DNA from: an uncultured Eubacteriales bacterium
Lineage (GTDB): Bacteria > Bacillota > Clostridia > RGIG6154
DNA length: 27,399 nt
Reading direction: 5' to 3'
NCBI GenBank assembly: GCA_964566065.1
Contig: CAZMHL010000001.1
Coordinates: 1 to 27,399, forward strand
The stretch's first letter is position 1; every line of letters starts with the position of its first letter. Below are positions 1-8,260 of the stretch, one piece after another. A program made the position numbers and the translations under genes. The notes under the pieces were generated by a model. It did no database searches. It saw only the letters and a program-made list of their open reading frames with translations, and was not told where the DNA came from.

Positions 1-32
1 TGCTTTTGCCCGGTTTGTTCGTTCCGAATCAT
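1..32 (-). CDS. Possible 5' end of a CDS running off the left edge (MIRNEQTGQK...)
   Basis: ATG at 32 on the minus strand, preceded by purine-rich AGGGGATAGG. The frame is open to position 1, but only 10 codons are visible. Confidence 0.35.
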   Translation of the reverse strand, partial: MIRNEQTGQK

Positions 33-49
33 TTTTTCCTATCCCCTGA

Positions 50-83
50 AAAAGGCGGTGTAAATTTATTTACACCGCCTTTT
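50..83. terminator. Perfect 16-bp hairpin with A/T tails; terminator- or attenuator-like
   Basis: AAAAGGCGGTGTAAAT-tt-ATTTACACCGCCTTTT (50-65 / 68-83). Confidence 0.7.
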
Positions 84-117
84 GTTTATGGGGAGATTTT
101 CAATTTGTTTTTAATGC

Positions 118-142
118 AAAAAACTCCGCAAAACGGAGTTTT
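118..142 (-). terminator. Intrinsic terminator of the EamA gene
   Basis: AAAACTCCG-caaaa-CGGAGTTTT (120-128 / 134-142), 15 nt past the stop, with a T-run on the minus strand. Confidence 0.7.
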
Positions 143-157
143 AACAACAATTATTCA

Positions 158-1039
158 TCATTCATTATTTTGTTTCAACTGCGAAAGTACAATGCCGGCA
201 AAAATCAGCCCACAACCTATATACCCTAAAAGGGACATTTTTTCTCCTAAGATTATTGCACCGCCGATTGCGCTGAAAACCGACTCTGTTGAAAGGATGA
301 TTGAGGCAAAGGTGGGATCCGCATCTTTTTGTCCCAGAATCTGACAGGTGTATGCAACACCGGCAGACATTATTCCTCCGTAAAGAACAGGAACAAGGGA
401 AGCTTTTACTCCCTCAAGGTCAATGCCGCCGTTAAAGAGGGCAATAATAAGACCGATAATTCCGCAAACAAGAAACTGTGTCATTGCAAATTTAATGGGG
501 CTTATTTTATCCACAAAGCGGTCTATTACTATAATGTGCAGTGACCAGAAAACTGCACCGATTATCAGAACAATATCTCCCATACCAATGTTCTCAAAGC
601 CCTCTCCGCCTGTTGTTAAAAGGTAAAGTCCGAAAAGGGCAAGAACTGCTCCAAGCCAGGTAAAGGGGTGTGTTTTCTTTCTGAAAAACAGAAAATAGAT
701 AATAGGAACCAAAACAGTGTAAAGTCCCGTCAAAAATCCCGCTTTCCCTGCGCTCTGTATATATTCAATCCCAACCTGCTGAAGAGTTGATGCGATAAAG
801 AGAATAATTCCTGCGCAGATGCCTGCACAAATTGTCTTTTTAAGCTTGTCCGTATTTTTTTCTTCTTTTTCAAAAAGCAAAATAACGGGAATAAGGGAAA
901 GTCCTCCAAGCACAAAACGTATTCCGTTAAAGGCATAGGAGCTTAAAACCCCCACAACAACCGTCTGCGCAACAAAGGCAAAGCCCCAGATTATCGCCGT
1001 TAAAAACAAAAGAATAATTGATTTTGTTGAATTTTTCAT
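158..1039 (-). CDS. EamA/DMT family transporter
   Basis: 293 aa with about 10 hydrophobic segments. Two EamA-like halves: AIIWGFAFVAQ, QQVGIEY..AGKAGFLTGLY, YTCQILGQK..PTFASIILSTESVF. RBS GAGG upstream. Confidence 0.92.
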   Translation of the reverse strand: MKNSTKSIILLFLTAIIWGFAFVAQTVVVGVLSSYAFNGIRFVLGGLSLIPVILLFEKEEKNTDKLKKTICAGICAGIILFIASTLQQVGIEYIQSAGKAGFLTGLYTVLVPIIYFLFFRKKTHPFTWLGAVLALFGLYLLTTGGEGFENIGMGDIVLIIGAVFWSLHIIVIDRFVDKISPIKFAMTQFLVCGIIGLIIALFNGGIDLEGVKASLVPVLYGGIMSAGVAYTCQILGQKDADPTFASIILSTESVFSAIGGAIILGEKMSLLGYIGCGLIFAGIVLSQLKQNNE

Positions 1040-1069
1040 ATATGTACCTCATTTCATAAAAACAAATAA

Positions 1070-1098
1070 AGTATATCACATTCCTTTATTTGGGGCAA
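1070..1098 (-). promoter_or_regulatory. sigmaA-type promoter of the EamA gene
   Basis: Minus strand TTGCCC-17 bp-TATACT with extended -10 (TGa). Confidence 0.55.
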
Positions 1099-1107
1099 CC
1101 CCATGAA

Positions 1108-1147
1108 CACAAAAAGGAGTCAATCGTCTGACTGACTCCTTTTTGTG
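1108..1147 (-). terminator. Intrinsic terminator after the solute-binding protein gene
   Basis: CACAAAAAGGAGTCA-10 nt-TGACTCCTTTTTGTG, a perfect 15-bp stem 10 nt past the stop. Confidence 0.8.
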
Positions 1148-1157
1148 TGTTATGAAA

Positions 1158-2522
1158 TTATTTTGTATAAATTGATTTGTCAATTGTACCGTCTTTAATG
1201 CCCTGTCTTAAAGCTTTTGTATATGTTTCGTTAAGCTCGGGGAGATATTTTGATGCATCAATTGATGTATCCTGCCATACATACTGTGCTTTTGTGCCTG
1301 AAGATTCGCCTTCAAGTGCAAGCGAAGGTGACGGTCTTCTTTCAATGTTCTGGTCTTTTACAAGATTTGCAAACTGAGCCCACTGTTCAGGGAATTTTGA
1401 TTCGTCGGCTTTTTCTGCAACGCCTTTTCTGATCGGGATGTAATATCCGCCTTCGTAAAGGTCAAGAAGAACATCCTCACCCATAAGCCATGTGTAAACC
1501 TTCATAGTTTTTTCAGGCTCTTTTAATGCTGTGTTTGCAATGCAGTAGCCTGATGTTCTTGAAGCGGGATTCTGGTATCTTTCATATCCGTCATAAACAG
1601 GTACAGGAGCAACTGCCCATTCGCAGGTTGCAGGGAACTGCTCTGTAAGAACACCAACGTCCCAGGATGCACCCATAAACATACCTATTCTGCCTGCTGC
1701 AAACTGTGCTCTCATTGTGTCGTTGTCAAGAGATTCAGCACCGGGGAATGTAGCACCTGAATTTTTAACAGCTTTTACAAAATCAATGTATTCAAGCCAG
1801 TGATCTGTATATGTATAAGTTTCTTTATTCCAGTCGATTTCAGTTAAAGAACCGTTTGGTGAATTTACAGCAAATGTTGCATTGCCCGGATAAGCAAGCT
1901 GTCCCCAGCCCTGGTCTTTAAGAGGAAGACCTAAGCCATAAACGTTGTTAGCTTTATCTGTAAGTTTCTTAGCATATTCAACAAGCTCGCTTGTTGTTTT
2001 CGGAGGTGTTGGTTCACCGTTTTCGTCAACAAGGCCTGCTTTTTTGAATAAGTCTTTGTTGTACATAAGTCCCTGAACTGTCTGAGCCATATTTACAAAG
2101 TAAACTTTGCCGTTTATAAGTTCTCTGTTAGCAAGTGGAATTTCGCCGTAAGCTTCTAAAAATTCTTCTCCGCCGGGCATATCTGCGATAGGAACAATGT
2201 ATCCTTTGTTTGCAGCATTAACCTTTGCCTGATCGCCGCCCCACATAAGAAGATGCGGAAGCTGATCGTTCTGTGATGCAGATTCAATAATTGTAGCATA
2301 ATCGTTCAGATATGTTTCAAACTGAATTTCAATTCCTTCTTCTTTACCGATTGTCTTGTTGTATTCGGCAACAAGCTGTTCCATACGTTCCTGTGTGGAA
2401 CCTGATGATGACCATACCTTGATAACTGTAACATCGCCCGATGCACCGCCATCTTTGGTGCAGGAAGCAAAGCAAATGGTTACCATAAGCATTGCCATAA
2501 TGAGTGCCAGTAATTTTTTCAT
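1158..2522 (-). CDS. Carbohydrate ABC transporter extracellular solute-binding lipoprotein (family 1 / SBP_bac_1-8 type)
   Basis: Lipobox CFAS-C; motifs GLMYNKDLFKKAGL...PPKT..EL.EYAKKLT and FAAGRIGM; 454 aa. Confidence 0.88.
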   Translation of the reverse strand: MKKLLALIMAMLMVTICFASCTKDGGASGDVTVIKVWSSSGSTQERMEQLVAEYNKTIGKEEGIEIQFETYLNDYATIIESASQNDQLPHLLMWGGDQAKVNAANKGYIVPIADMPGGEEFLEAYGEIPLANRELINGKVYFVNMAQTVQGLMYNKDLFKKAGLVDENGEPTPPKTTSELVEYAKKLTDKANNVYGLGLPLKDQGWGQLAYPGNATFAVNSPNGSLTEIDWNKETYTYTDHWLEYIDFVKAVKNSGATFPGAESLDNDTMRAQFAAGRIGMFMGASWDVGVLTEQFPATCEWAVAPVPVYDGYERYQNPASRTSGYCIANTALKEPEKTMKVYTWLMGEDVLLDLYEGGYYIPIRKGVAEKADESKFPEQWAQFANLVKDQNIERRPSPSLALEGESSGTKAQYVWQDTSIDASKYLPELNETYTKALRQGIKDGTIDKSIYTK

Positions 2523-2540
2523 AAAATTCGTCCTTTCTTA

Positions 2541-3239
2541 TCAGTATGTCTGATAATTAATGTTATTTGCAATTGCATAGTTCATCGCATAAGAGCCGTC
2601 TTTAACAAAAAGAGTAAGGCTTCTGCAATTTTTGAATGCATAATCGCCAATCCATTCGATTGATGCAGGAAGTGTTATTTTCTGAATTTTAGTTTTGTTC
2701 ATAAATACTGCACCTGCAATGGTCTTTGTTCCCTCGGGAACAGCTATGTCAATTTCATTTCCTTTGTAGCCGATATATGCACCGTCACCTACAATAACCT
2801 GGTCGTGAGGCTGATTTTCATACCAGGGAGTTCTGTAAAAAGCATAAGCGTCAACATACTTAAGTGTTGATGGAATTGAAATGTTTTCAAGCTTTGCACA
2901 GAGGGCAAAGGCACGGTTTCCGATTTTTGTAACACCCTCGGGGATTACAATGTCGGTAATGAAAATGTTTGTAAAAGCGGAACGTCCGATTTCGGTAATT
3001 CCCGAAGGAATTGTAACGTCTGTAACGTCGTAGCTTTCATAACAGGCAAAGTCGCCGACTTTTGTAATTTTCACTCCGTCAATTTCTGTGGGGAAATTAA
3101 CAGAGCCTTTAGTTGCCTGGAAGGGAGTAACAACCTCGTTAACTCCGTTTTTGGTTATAAGTGTGTAGTTGTCCTCTGCATATGCAGGAACTGCAAGGAG
3201 CAGAGCAACCATAAGTGTTAAGCATAAAATCTTTTTCAT
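2541..3239 (-). CDS. Secreted BspA/TpLRR (LRR_5) leucine-rich repeat protein
   Basis: Signal peptide ending in AYA; repeats IPSGITEIGRSAF, IPEGVTKIGNRAF, IPSTLKYVDAYAF, LPASIEWIGDYAF; RBS AGGAGG. Confidence 0.88.
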   Translation of the reverse strand: MKKILCLTLMVALLLAVPAYAEDNYTLITKNGVNEVVTPFQATKGSVNFPTEIDGVKITKVGDFACYESYDVTDVTIPSGITEIGRSAFTNIFITDIVIPEGVTKIGNRAFALCAKLENISIPSTLKYVDAYAFYRTPWYENQPHDQVIVGDGAYIGYKGNEIDIAVPEGTKTIAGAVFMNKTKIQKITLPASIEWIGDYAFKNCRSLTLFVKDGSYAMNYAIANNINYQTY

Positions 3240-3252
3240 TGTTATCTCCTCC

Positions 3253-6200
3253 TTATTGTTTCACTTTAATTGAAAGTGTCGGTCTGTTTTTCGAATTGTC
3301 AATTTCCTTGGTGTAAAGCTCAAGAATATTTGCGTGGTTTTCGGTAATTGCAATTCCGATTGAAACAACCTTGTCACCTTTGTATTCTTTAACAATGTAG
3401 TCTGTAATGTCAAAGGTCATAAGCGGTGTTTCTGTTCCTTTAAGGAGGTACTGACCGATTAAATTACCGAAAGGAATAATTCTCTGTGTACGGTCAGCAT
3501 ATTCTGCAGAATGAGGAATTGAGTAAACAAGTTTTTCATTTTTGGCAGCAGATACTTCTGTCCATTTGTCAAAATCAACCTCGTAAATACCAAGATTCTG
3601 TTCTTCCTCGGTATATCTCTTCTTAACCTTAAGACTTAAGGTTGCACTCTCAATTTCGCCCTTAACGTCGCTTATGTCAAACATTAAGTAGCCTTCCGCA
3701 GAACGGTTAAGACCTGAGTAGTTCTTAATGTACATTGAAGAGCTTGCACCGTAGTCAGCGTCATATGGAAGCTTGTCATAGTAAATGTATGTGTCATCTG
3801 TGGGGAAGAAGGAGTAAATTCCGTTTTCGTCAGCCTCAGCAGGTTTTTCTGTAACCTCTGCCTTAAGGGTAACTGTTTTTGTTTCTTCTGTCCAGTCAAC
3901 CTTGCCGTTTAAGGATTCGGTAACAAAACGAATTGGAACAAGTGTTCTGTCGCAGGTAACGTAAGGTGCTGCATCAAGAGTCATTTCCTTGCCGTTAACG
4001 TATGCTGTGGTTGAACCGATTGTAAGAATAATTGTTTTGTTGCCTTTAACAGCGGTAACTGTCTGTGTTGGGTCGTCCCAGGAAACTGTTGCGCCAAGCT
4101 CCTCAAAGATTTTTCTCATTGGAACAAAGGTTCTGTCGTTAACTGTTTCGGGGTCAACGTCAAAGAAAAGTCTTGTGCCGTTTAAAATAACGGTAATTCT
4201 TTCATCAAGAAATTTTTTGAAGTTGTCAGGCTCGTAAATGAATGTACCGCCGTATGTACCAATCCACGCTCTGTTTGAGAATGGCTCAAAGTTGATGTCG
4301 GTAACATAGCGAAGTCCCGGAAGACCCGTAACAACGTGGAAGGTCTGTCCGTGGTCATAGCTTTCAAGAAGACCAATGCTCTTTGAACCTGCTGCAGAGT
4401 TTCTGAAGCCTACAAGCATGTGGTCGGGATTTTTCGGGTCAAATTCAATGTCGGTAACCATATCTGTCTGTTTGTTGAAATGATGTTCAAAAGGTATAAC
4501 CTCAGGCTCTTTGCCGTAGGTGAACTTAACCATTGAGTGGCTCTGTGTACCGATATAGAATGTGTTTTTATCAACCGAGTCAACGCCGTTGCTTTCCGCA
4601 ACAAGAGTTGTTTTGCCCATTGATTCCCAGGTTTTACCTGTGTCAAAGGAAATGAAGGCTTCTCTTGCGGTTGTATCGTAAGAGAAAACAACGTTGTTGT
4701 CAACAGGAGAAACTCTGAAAAGCGGTTTTTCGTTTGGTGTCCAGGTTTTGCCTCTGTCACGGCTTGTATAACCTGAAGAGTAAACAATGTTGTCATCCTT
4801 GTTGTGATACCGGAAAACAATGTTGTCTCCGTCGTAGTTACAGTCTTCAACCTTAATCCAGGATTTGCCTCCGTCAAAGGTTTCTTCCATAACCTGTCCT
4901 GACCATCCGCCTACAAAAGCATAAAGGTGGTTAGCATCCTTCGGGTCAGAGAGAATTGATTCAACAGATTTTGAAGTTCCGCGTCTTGGATAGTTGTAAA
5001 TTGAGCGAACTGTAGGGAATGTGTTTCCGCCGTAATAAGGTTCGTTTGAAACTGCAAGGTTTTTGTCACGGAAACCGTACCATATTCTTCCGTCGGGAGC
5101 AAATTCAACCCAGGTTAAACCTGAATTTCCTGCACCTGATGAACAGGGAAAGAAATCAATTCCGCCATTTTCCGATTTATATAAAACATCCCAGAAAGCT
5201 GCATAGATTACATCGGGATTTGTGTCATCGCCCCACATAGCCTCGTGAGTCCAGCCGTTGTTGTTGTCAAGCATTGTATCTTCGCAGTAAACGTAAGGAG
5301 TAATCCATGTTTTACCGTAATCGGGGCTTGTTCTCAGAGGATAAACAATATTTTTAAGTCTTACATAAAGATTAGGAATTCCGTTTGCAGATGCTTTCTT
5401 TGCAAACTCAACTCTTGCGGGGGTACCGTTCTTTGTTGAAGCACCCATATCCATTGCCATAGTGCTCCAGCTTGAACCGTTATCAAAGGTTTCGTAAAGC
5501 TTTCCGCTGAAAATTGCAACCCAGTGGCTGTCGTTTAACGGGTCCATTGTAGCAGAGTCGCCTTTCTGACCTGCTTCGGGAACAACGCAGTTCCAGGAAG
5601 CACCGCCGTCTAAAGTGTAATGAAGTCCCGGAGCATCTCCGCCTGCAACGGCGCAGATGATTTTCTTTCCGTCGGGAGATACCGCCATTGATTCAACGTA
5701 GGCAAAAGTACCTGCACTGCCAAGGCTTGTCCATTTAACTCCGCCGTCTGAAGATTTCATAACGCCGGTCGTGGTGAGCGCATAGAGGTTTTTACTATCG
5801 TCAAAGGCAAGCAAATTTGCACCCTGACCGTTAACAAACGCCGCATCAAGGCACATTTTCCAGGTCACGCCGCCGTCGGTTGACTTGTAAAGTCCGTCAA
5901 TGGCTGATTTGTTGGCTTTGCTTGTGTAGCTTGAGGTACCACCTCTCCAGCCGTGAGCCGCATAGCAGATGTTTGCATTATCGGGATCAAAAATGAAGCT
6001 TGATACTGACCATGTGGCATCGCCCTCTCTTACCTTGAACCAGGTATTTCCGCCGTCGTGACTGTACATTGAGCCTGCAACGTCGGTGCTGAAAAGAAGA
6101 TAGTTGGGATTTGAAGGAGCAGATGCAACGGCAGTAATAACCTGTCCGCCTTCGCTGCCCATACTCCAGCCAACCTCGTTTTCAGTCTGCATTGTATAGT

Positions 6201-6375
6201 AGAGGAACCAGGGAGTGTATCTCACCGTGTTCCCGCTTTCAATAACCGGATTTCCGTACACGTTCCAGGGGAGACGTGCCGGGTCGTAAATTTCCGGATA
6301 ATCTTTTGCAAGTGCTGTGCTTATAAGTGAAAAAACAAGAAGCATGCACAAAGCTAAACTGATAATTTTTTTCAT
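3253..6375 (-). CDS. Secreted GH74-like/Asp-box (BNR) beta-propeller + copper amine oxidase N-terminal (stalk) domain + C-terminal DNRLRE/CBM96-like domain
   Basis: Signal peptide (ALA). Many Asp-boxes (SHDGGNTW, STDGGVTW, SSDGGVKW, TLDGGASW, SPDYGKTW, TFDGGKSW, SRDRGKTW, SFDTGKTW). Stalk motif RTFVPMRKIFEELGATVSWD...RTLVPIRFVTESL. C-terminal PTDDTYI..YG...GYLMFDIS...ESATLSL...RPTL. Confidence 0.8.
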   Translation of the reverse strand: MKKIISLALCMLLVFSLISTALAKDYPEIYDPARLPWNVYGNPVIESGNTVRYTPWFLYYTMQTENEVGWSMGSEGGQVITAVASAPSNPNYLLFSTDVAGSMYSHDGGNTWFKVREGDATWSVSSFIFDPDNANICYAAHGWRGGTSSYTSKANKSAIDGLYKSTDGGVTWKMCLDAAFVNGQGANLLAFDDSKNLYALTTTGVMKSSDGGVKWTSLGSAGTFAYVESMAVSPDGKKIICAVAGGDAPGLHYTLDGGASWNCVVPEAGQKGDSATMDPLNDSHWVAIFSGKLYETFDNGSSWSTMAMDMGASTKNGTPARVEFAKKASANGIPNLYVRLKNIVYPLRTSPDYGKTWITPYVYCEDTMLDNNNGWTHEAMWGDDTNPDVIYAAFWDVLYKSENGGIDFFPCSSGAGNSGLTWVEFAPDGRIWYGFRDKNLAVSNEPYYGGNTFPTVRSIYNYPRRGTSKSVESILSDPKDANHLYAFVGGWSGQVMEETFDGGKSWIKVEDCNYDGDNIVFRYHNKDDNIVYSSGYTSRDRGKTWTPNEKPLFRVSPVDNNVVFSYDTTAREAFISFDTGKTWESMGKTTLVAESNGVDSVDKNTFYIGTQSHSMVKFTYGKEPEVIPFEHHFNKQTDMVTDIEFDPKNPDHMLVGFRNSAAGSKSIGLLESYDHGQTFHVVTGLPGLRYVTDINFEPFSNRAWIGTYGGTFIYEPDNFKKFLDERITVILNGTRLFFDVDPETVNDRTFVPMRKIFEELGATVSWDDPTQTVTAVKGNKTIILTIGSTTAYVNGKEMTLDAAPYVTCDRTLVPIRFVTESLNGKVDWTEETKTVTLKAEVTEKPAEADENGIYSFFPTDDTYIYYDKLPYDADYGASSSMYIKNYSGLNRSAEGYLMFDISDVKGEIESATLSLKVKKRYTEEEQNLGIYEVDFDKWTEVSAAKNEKLVYSIPHSAEYADRTQRIIPFGNLIGQYLLKGTETPLMTFDITDYIVKEYKGDKVVSIGIAITENHANILELYTKEIDNSKNRPTLSIKVKQ

Positions 6376-6476
6376 TTCTTATCACCCCATAATAATTATA
6401 CAAGGGCAACATATTCGAATACAATACCTATTTTCGCATTTTATGAAAATTTCATCCGAATTTGTTTAAATAGTAC

Positions 6477-6503
6477 AAAAAAGCGAAGCCGTACAGCTTC
6501 GCT
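6477..6503 (-). terminator. Intrinsic terminator overlapping the RCC1-gene stop codon
   Basis: AGCGAAGC-cgtaca-GCTTCGCT (6482-6489 / 6496-6503), followed by a T-run on the minus strand. Confidence 0.7.
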
Positions 6504-7390
6504 CATTGTATTGTTACATTATTTTTGGTTATTTCATCTGCTCCGTTGCTTTCTTCCATATATGAGGTTTCACCGTGATAGAATATTTTTCCTTCGGTGT
6601 CAATTCCAAAGTAGCCGAGAGGAGTTGCCGTAACCTTTATAATATTTGTCCACTCCGCTTCGCCGTCTGCGGGCTTGTTCTGTCCGAAAAACTTAACGGT
6701 TCCGTCATCCTTTAAGATTATGCCGTTGTTTTCGCAGACGTCAATCTGTCGGATACTTTTGTAATGTTTTATATTGTCAACATCGTTGGGGTTTTTGCCG
6801 CAACCCGCCGCACTGCCATCCTTTTTCAGAACAACAGTACAGAAAATGCCGGTTTCAACTTTAACTGTATCTGTAAATTCTTCAACATCACATTCACCGT
6901 ATGCATTTTTACCTGTTGCAACACATGTTCCGTCTTTTTTTACACCTACGGTATGAGCACCGCTGCATGAAATATCAACAATGTCGGTCCACTCGGAAAC
7001 TTTAAGCTGATTTACGTTGTCAGAGCCTGCTGCAACCACGGTTCCGTCAGATTTAAGTCCGACCATTGAGTTTGAAGTTCCGGAAATTTTAACAATGTCA
7101 GACCAATCTCTTATGGGTTCAAGACCGGGATTGATTTCTCCGCGCACATCTAAAGTTCCGTCGTTTTTCAAAACAATCAGACTTTTTCTGATAGCAAAAA
7201 CATCCATTGCATCACTGAAATCTGTTTCTTCGGCAAGGAGTCCCTCAACCGTGATTTTCCCGTTGTCTTCAAGAACGGTGAAATAGTCAGTGGCAGAGAT
7301 AGTTGCCGTTGTTTCAAAGGTTTTTTCACCGCAGGATGCAAGAGAAAAAACAAGCATAAAAACTGTTATAAGACAAATGATTTTTTTCAT
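6503..7390 (-). CDS. RCC1/BLIP-II-like repeat beta-propeller lipoprotein
   Basis: Lipobox SLAS-C; repeats LKNDGTL, GLKSDGTVVAAG, ISCSGAHTVGVKKDGTCVATGKNAYGECDV, LKKDGS, LKDDGTV; RBS AGGAG. Confidence 0.82.
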   Translation of the reverse strand: MKKIICLITVFMLVFSLASCGEKTFETTATISATDYFTVLEDNGKITVEGLLAEETDFSDAMDVFAIRKSLIVLKNDGTLDVRGEINPGLEPIRDWSDIVKISGTSNSMVGLKSDGTVVAAGSDNVNQLKVSEWTDIVDISCSGAHTVGVKKDGTCVATGKNAYGECDVEEFTDTVKVETGIFCTVVLKKDGSAAGCGKNPNDVDNIKHYKSIRQIDVCENNGIILKDDGTVKFFGQNKPADGEAEWTNIIKVTATPLGYFGIDTEGKIFYHGETSYMEESNGADEITKNNVTIQ

Positions 7391-7419
7391 TTTAATTCTC
7401 CTTTTTAATCAATGTAAAT

Positions 7420-7448
7420 ATTCTAACACAAACAAACCTGTTTGTCTA
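7420..7448 (-). promoter_or_regulatory. sigmaA-type promoter of the RCC1 lipoprotein gene
   Basis: Minus strand TAGACA-17 bp-TAGAAT with extended -10 (TGt). Confidence 0.6.
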
Positions 7449-7457
7449 TATGTCCCC

Positions 7458-7486
7458 TTGACAATTGTTCCTTGGAAATATATAAT
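7458..7486 (+). promoter_or_regulatory. Perfect-consensus sigmaA promoter of the RAYT-like gene
   Basis: TTGACA (7458-7463)-17 bp-TATAAT (7481-7486); RBS GAGGTGG at 7493-7499. Confidence 0.85.
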
Positions 7487-7504
7487 GTCTATGAGGTGGT
7501 AAAA

Positions 7505-8251
7505 ATGGCAAGAAAAGCGAGATATATAAATAAAAGCGGAATTTACCATATAGTGCTTAAAGGTAACGAAAAGCCGTTGTTTAAGGACAATGAAGACAAA
7601 AACAGTTTTCTTACATTGCTCCGCGACTGCGGTGAAGATTTTTCCTGTGATATTTACGGCTACTGTCTGCTTGACTTTTCCTGCTCACTTCTTGTTAAGG
7701 CAAATGATGCTCTTTCAGCTTTAATGAAAAGCATTGAGATAAGATATGCGAATTATTATAATGGCAGATACGGCGAAAAGGGCAGACTTTTTAAAGACAG
7801 ATTTAAAAGTATTTCTGTTGAAAGTGACGAAGATTTTGCAGAAAATTTAAGATATATTCACCAGCTTCCGCAAATAAGCAAAGAGGTTGATAATTTTGCA
7901 GAATTTGAATATTCAAGCTTTGATGAATACACCGACGAAGCATTGATCTGTGAAACAGACTATGCAAAAAGGATTTTCGGCAGTGGATTTATGAACTATC
8001 ACCGTACTTTAAGTGCCCTTAAAATTTCAAAAGTGAATGTAACTTTAGATGATGAAACTGCAGAGAAAATTATTTTTGAGGTTGCAGGAAAGACTGACAT
8101 AAAAAACTCTGAAAAAAGAGATGAATATCTCGTACAGCTTAAAGAAAAGGGGTTAAGCATAAGGCAGATTGCAAGGCTTACAGGAGTTAACCGGGGAACG
8201 GTTTTCAACGCAAAGCCTGCTGAAAAAGAAACCGAGATTTTCCTTTTGTAG
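7505..8251 (+). CDS. RAYT/Y1 (IS200-like HUH) transposase homologue with C-terminal HTH; HUH motif degenerate, probably catalytically inactive
   Basis: 248 aa from ATG 7505. Family motifs MARKAR..SGIYHIVLKG, YGYCL, G.LF.DRFKS, LRYIHQ.P, YSSF.EY and HTH GLSIRQIARLTG are present. The expected NHxH is replaced by FSCS. Confidence 0.85.
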   Translation: MARKARYINKSGIYHIVLKGNEKPLFKDNEDKNSFLTLLRDCGEDFSCDIYGYCLLDFSCSLLVKANDALSALMKSIEIRYANYYNGRYGEKGRLFKDRFKSISVESDEDFAENLRYIHQLPQISKEVDNFAEFEYSSFDEYTDEALICETDYAKRIFGSGFMNYHRTLSALKISKVNVTLDDETAEKIIFEVAGKTDIKNSEKRDEYLVQLKEKGLSIRQIARLTGVNRGTVFNAKPAEKETEIFLL

Positions 8252-8260
8252 AATAATTGT

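Noticed and set aside
7442..7504. Longer N-terminus for the RAYT-like ORF given in the track
   Set aside because: It runs through the promoter; the RBS and the family N-terminus (MARKAR) point to ATG 7505.
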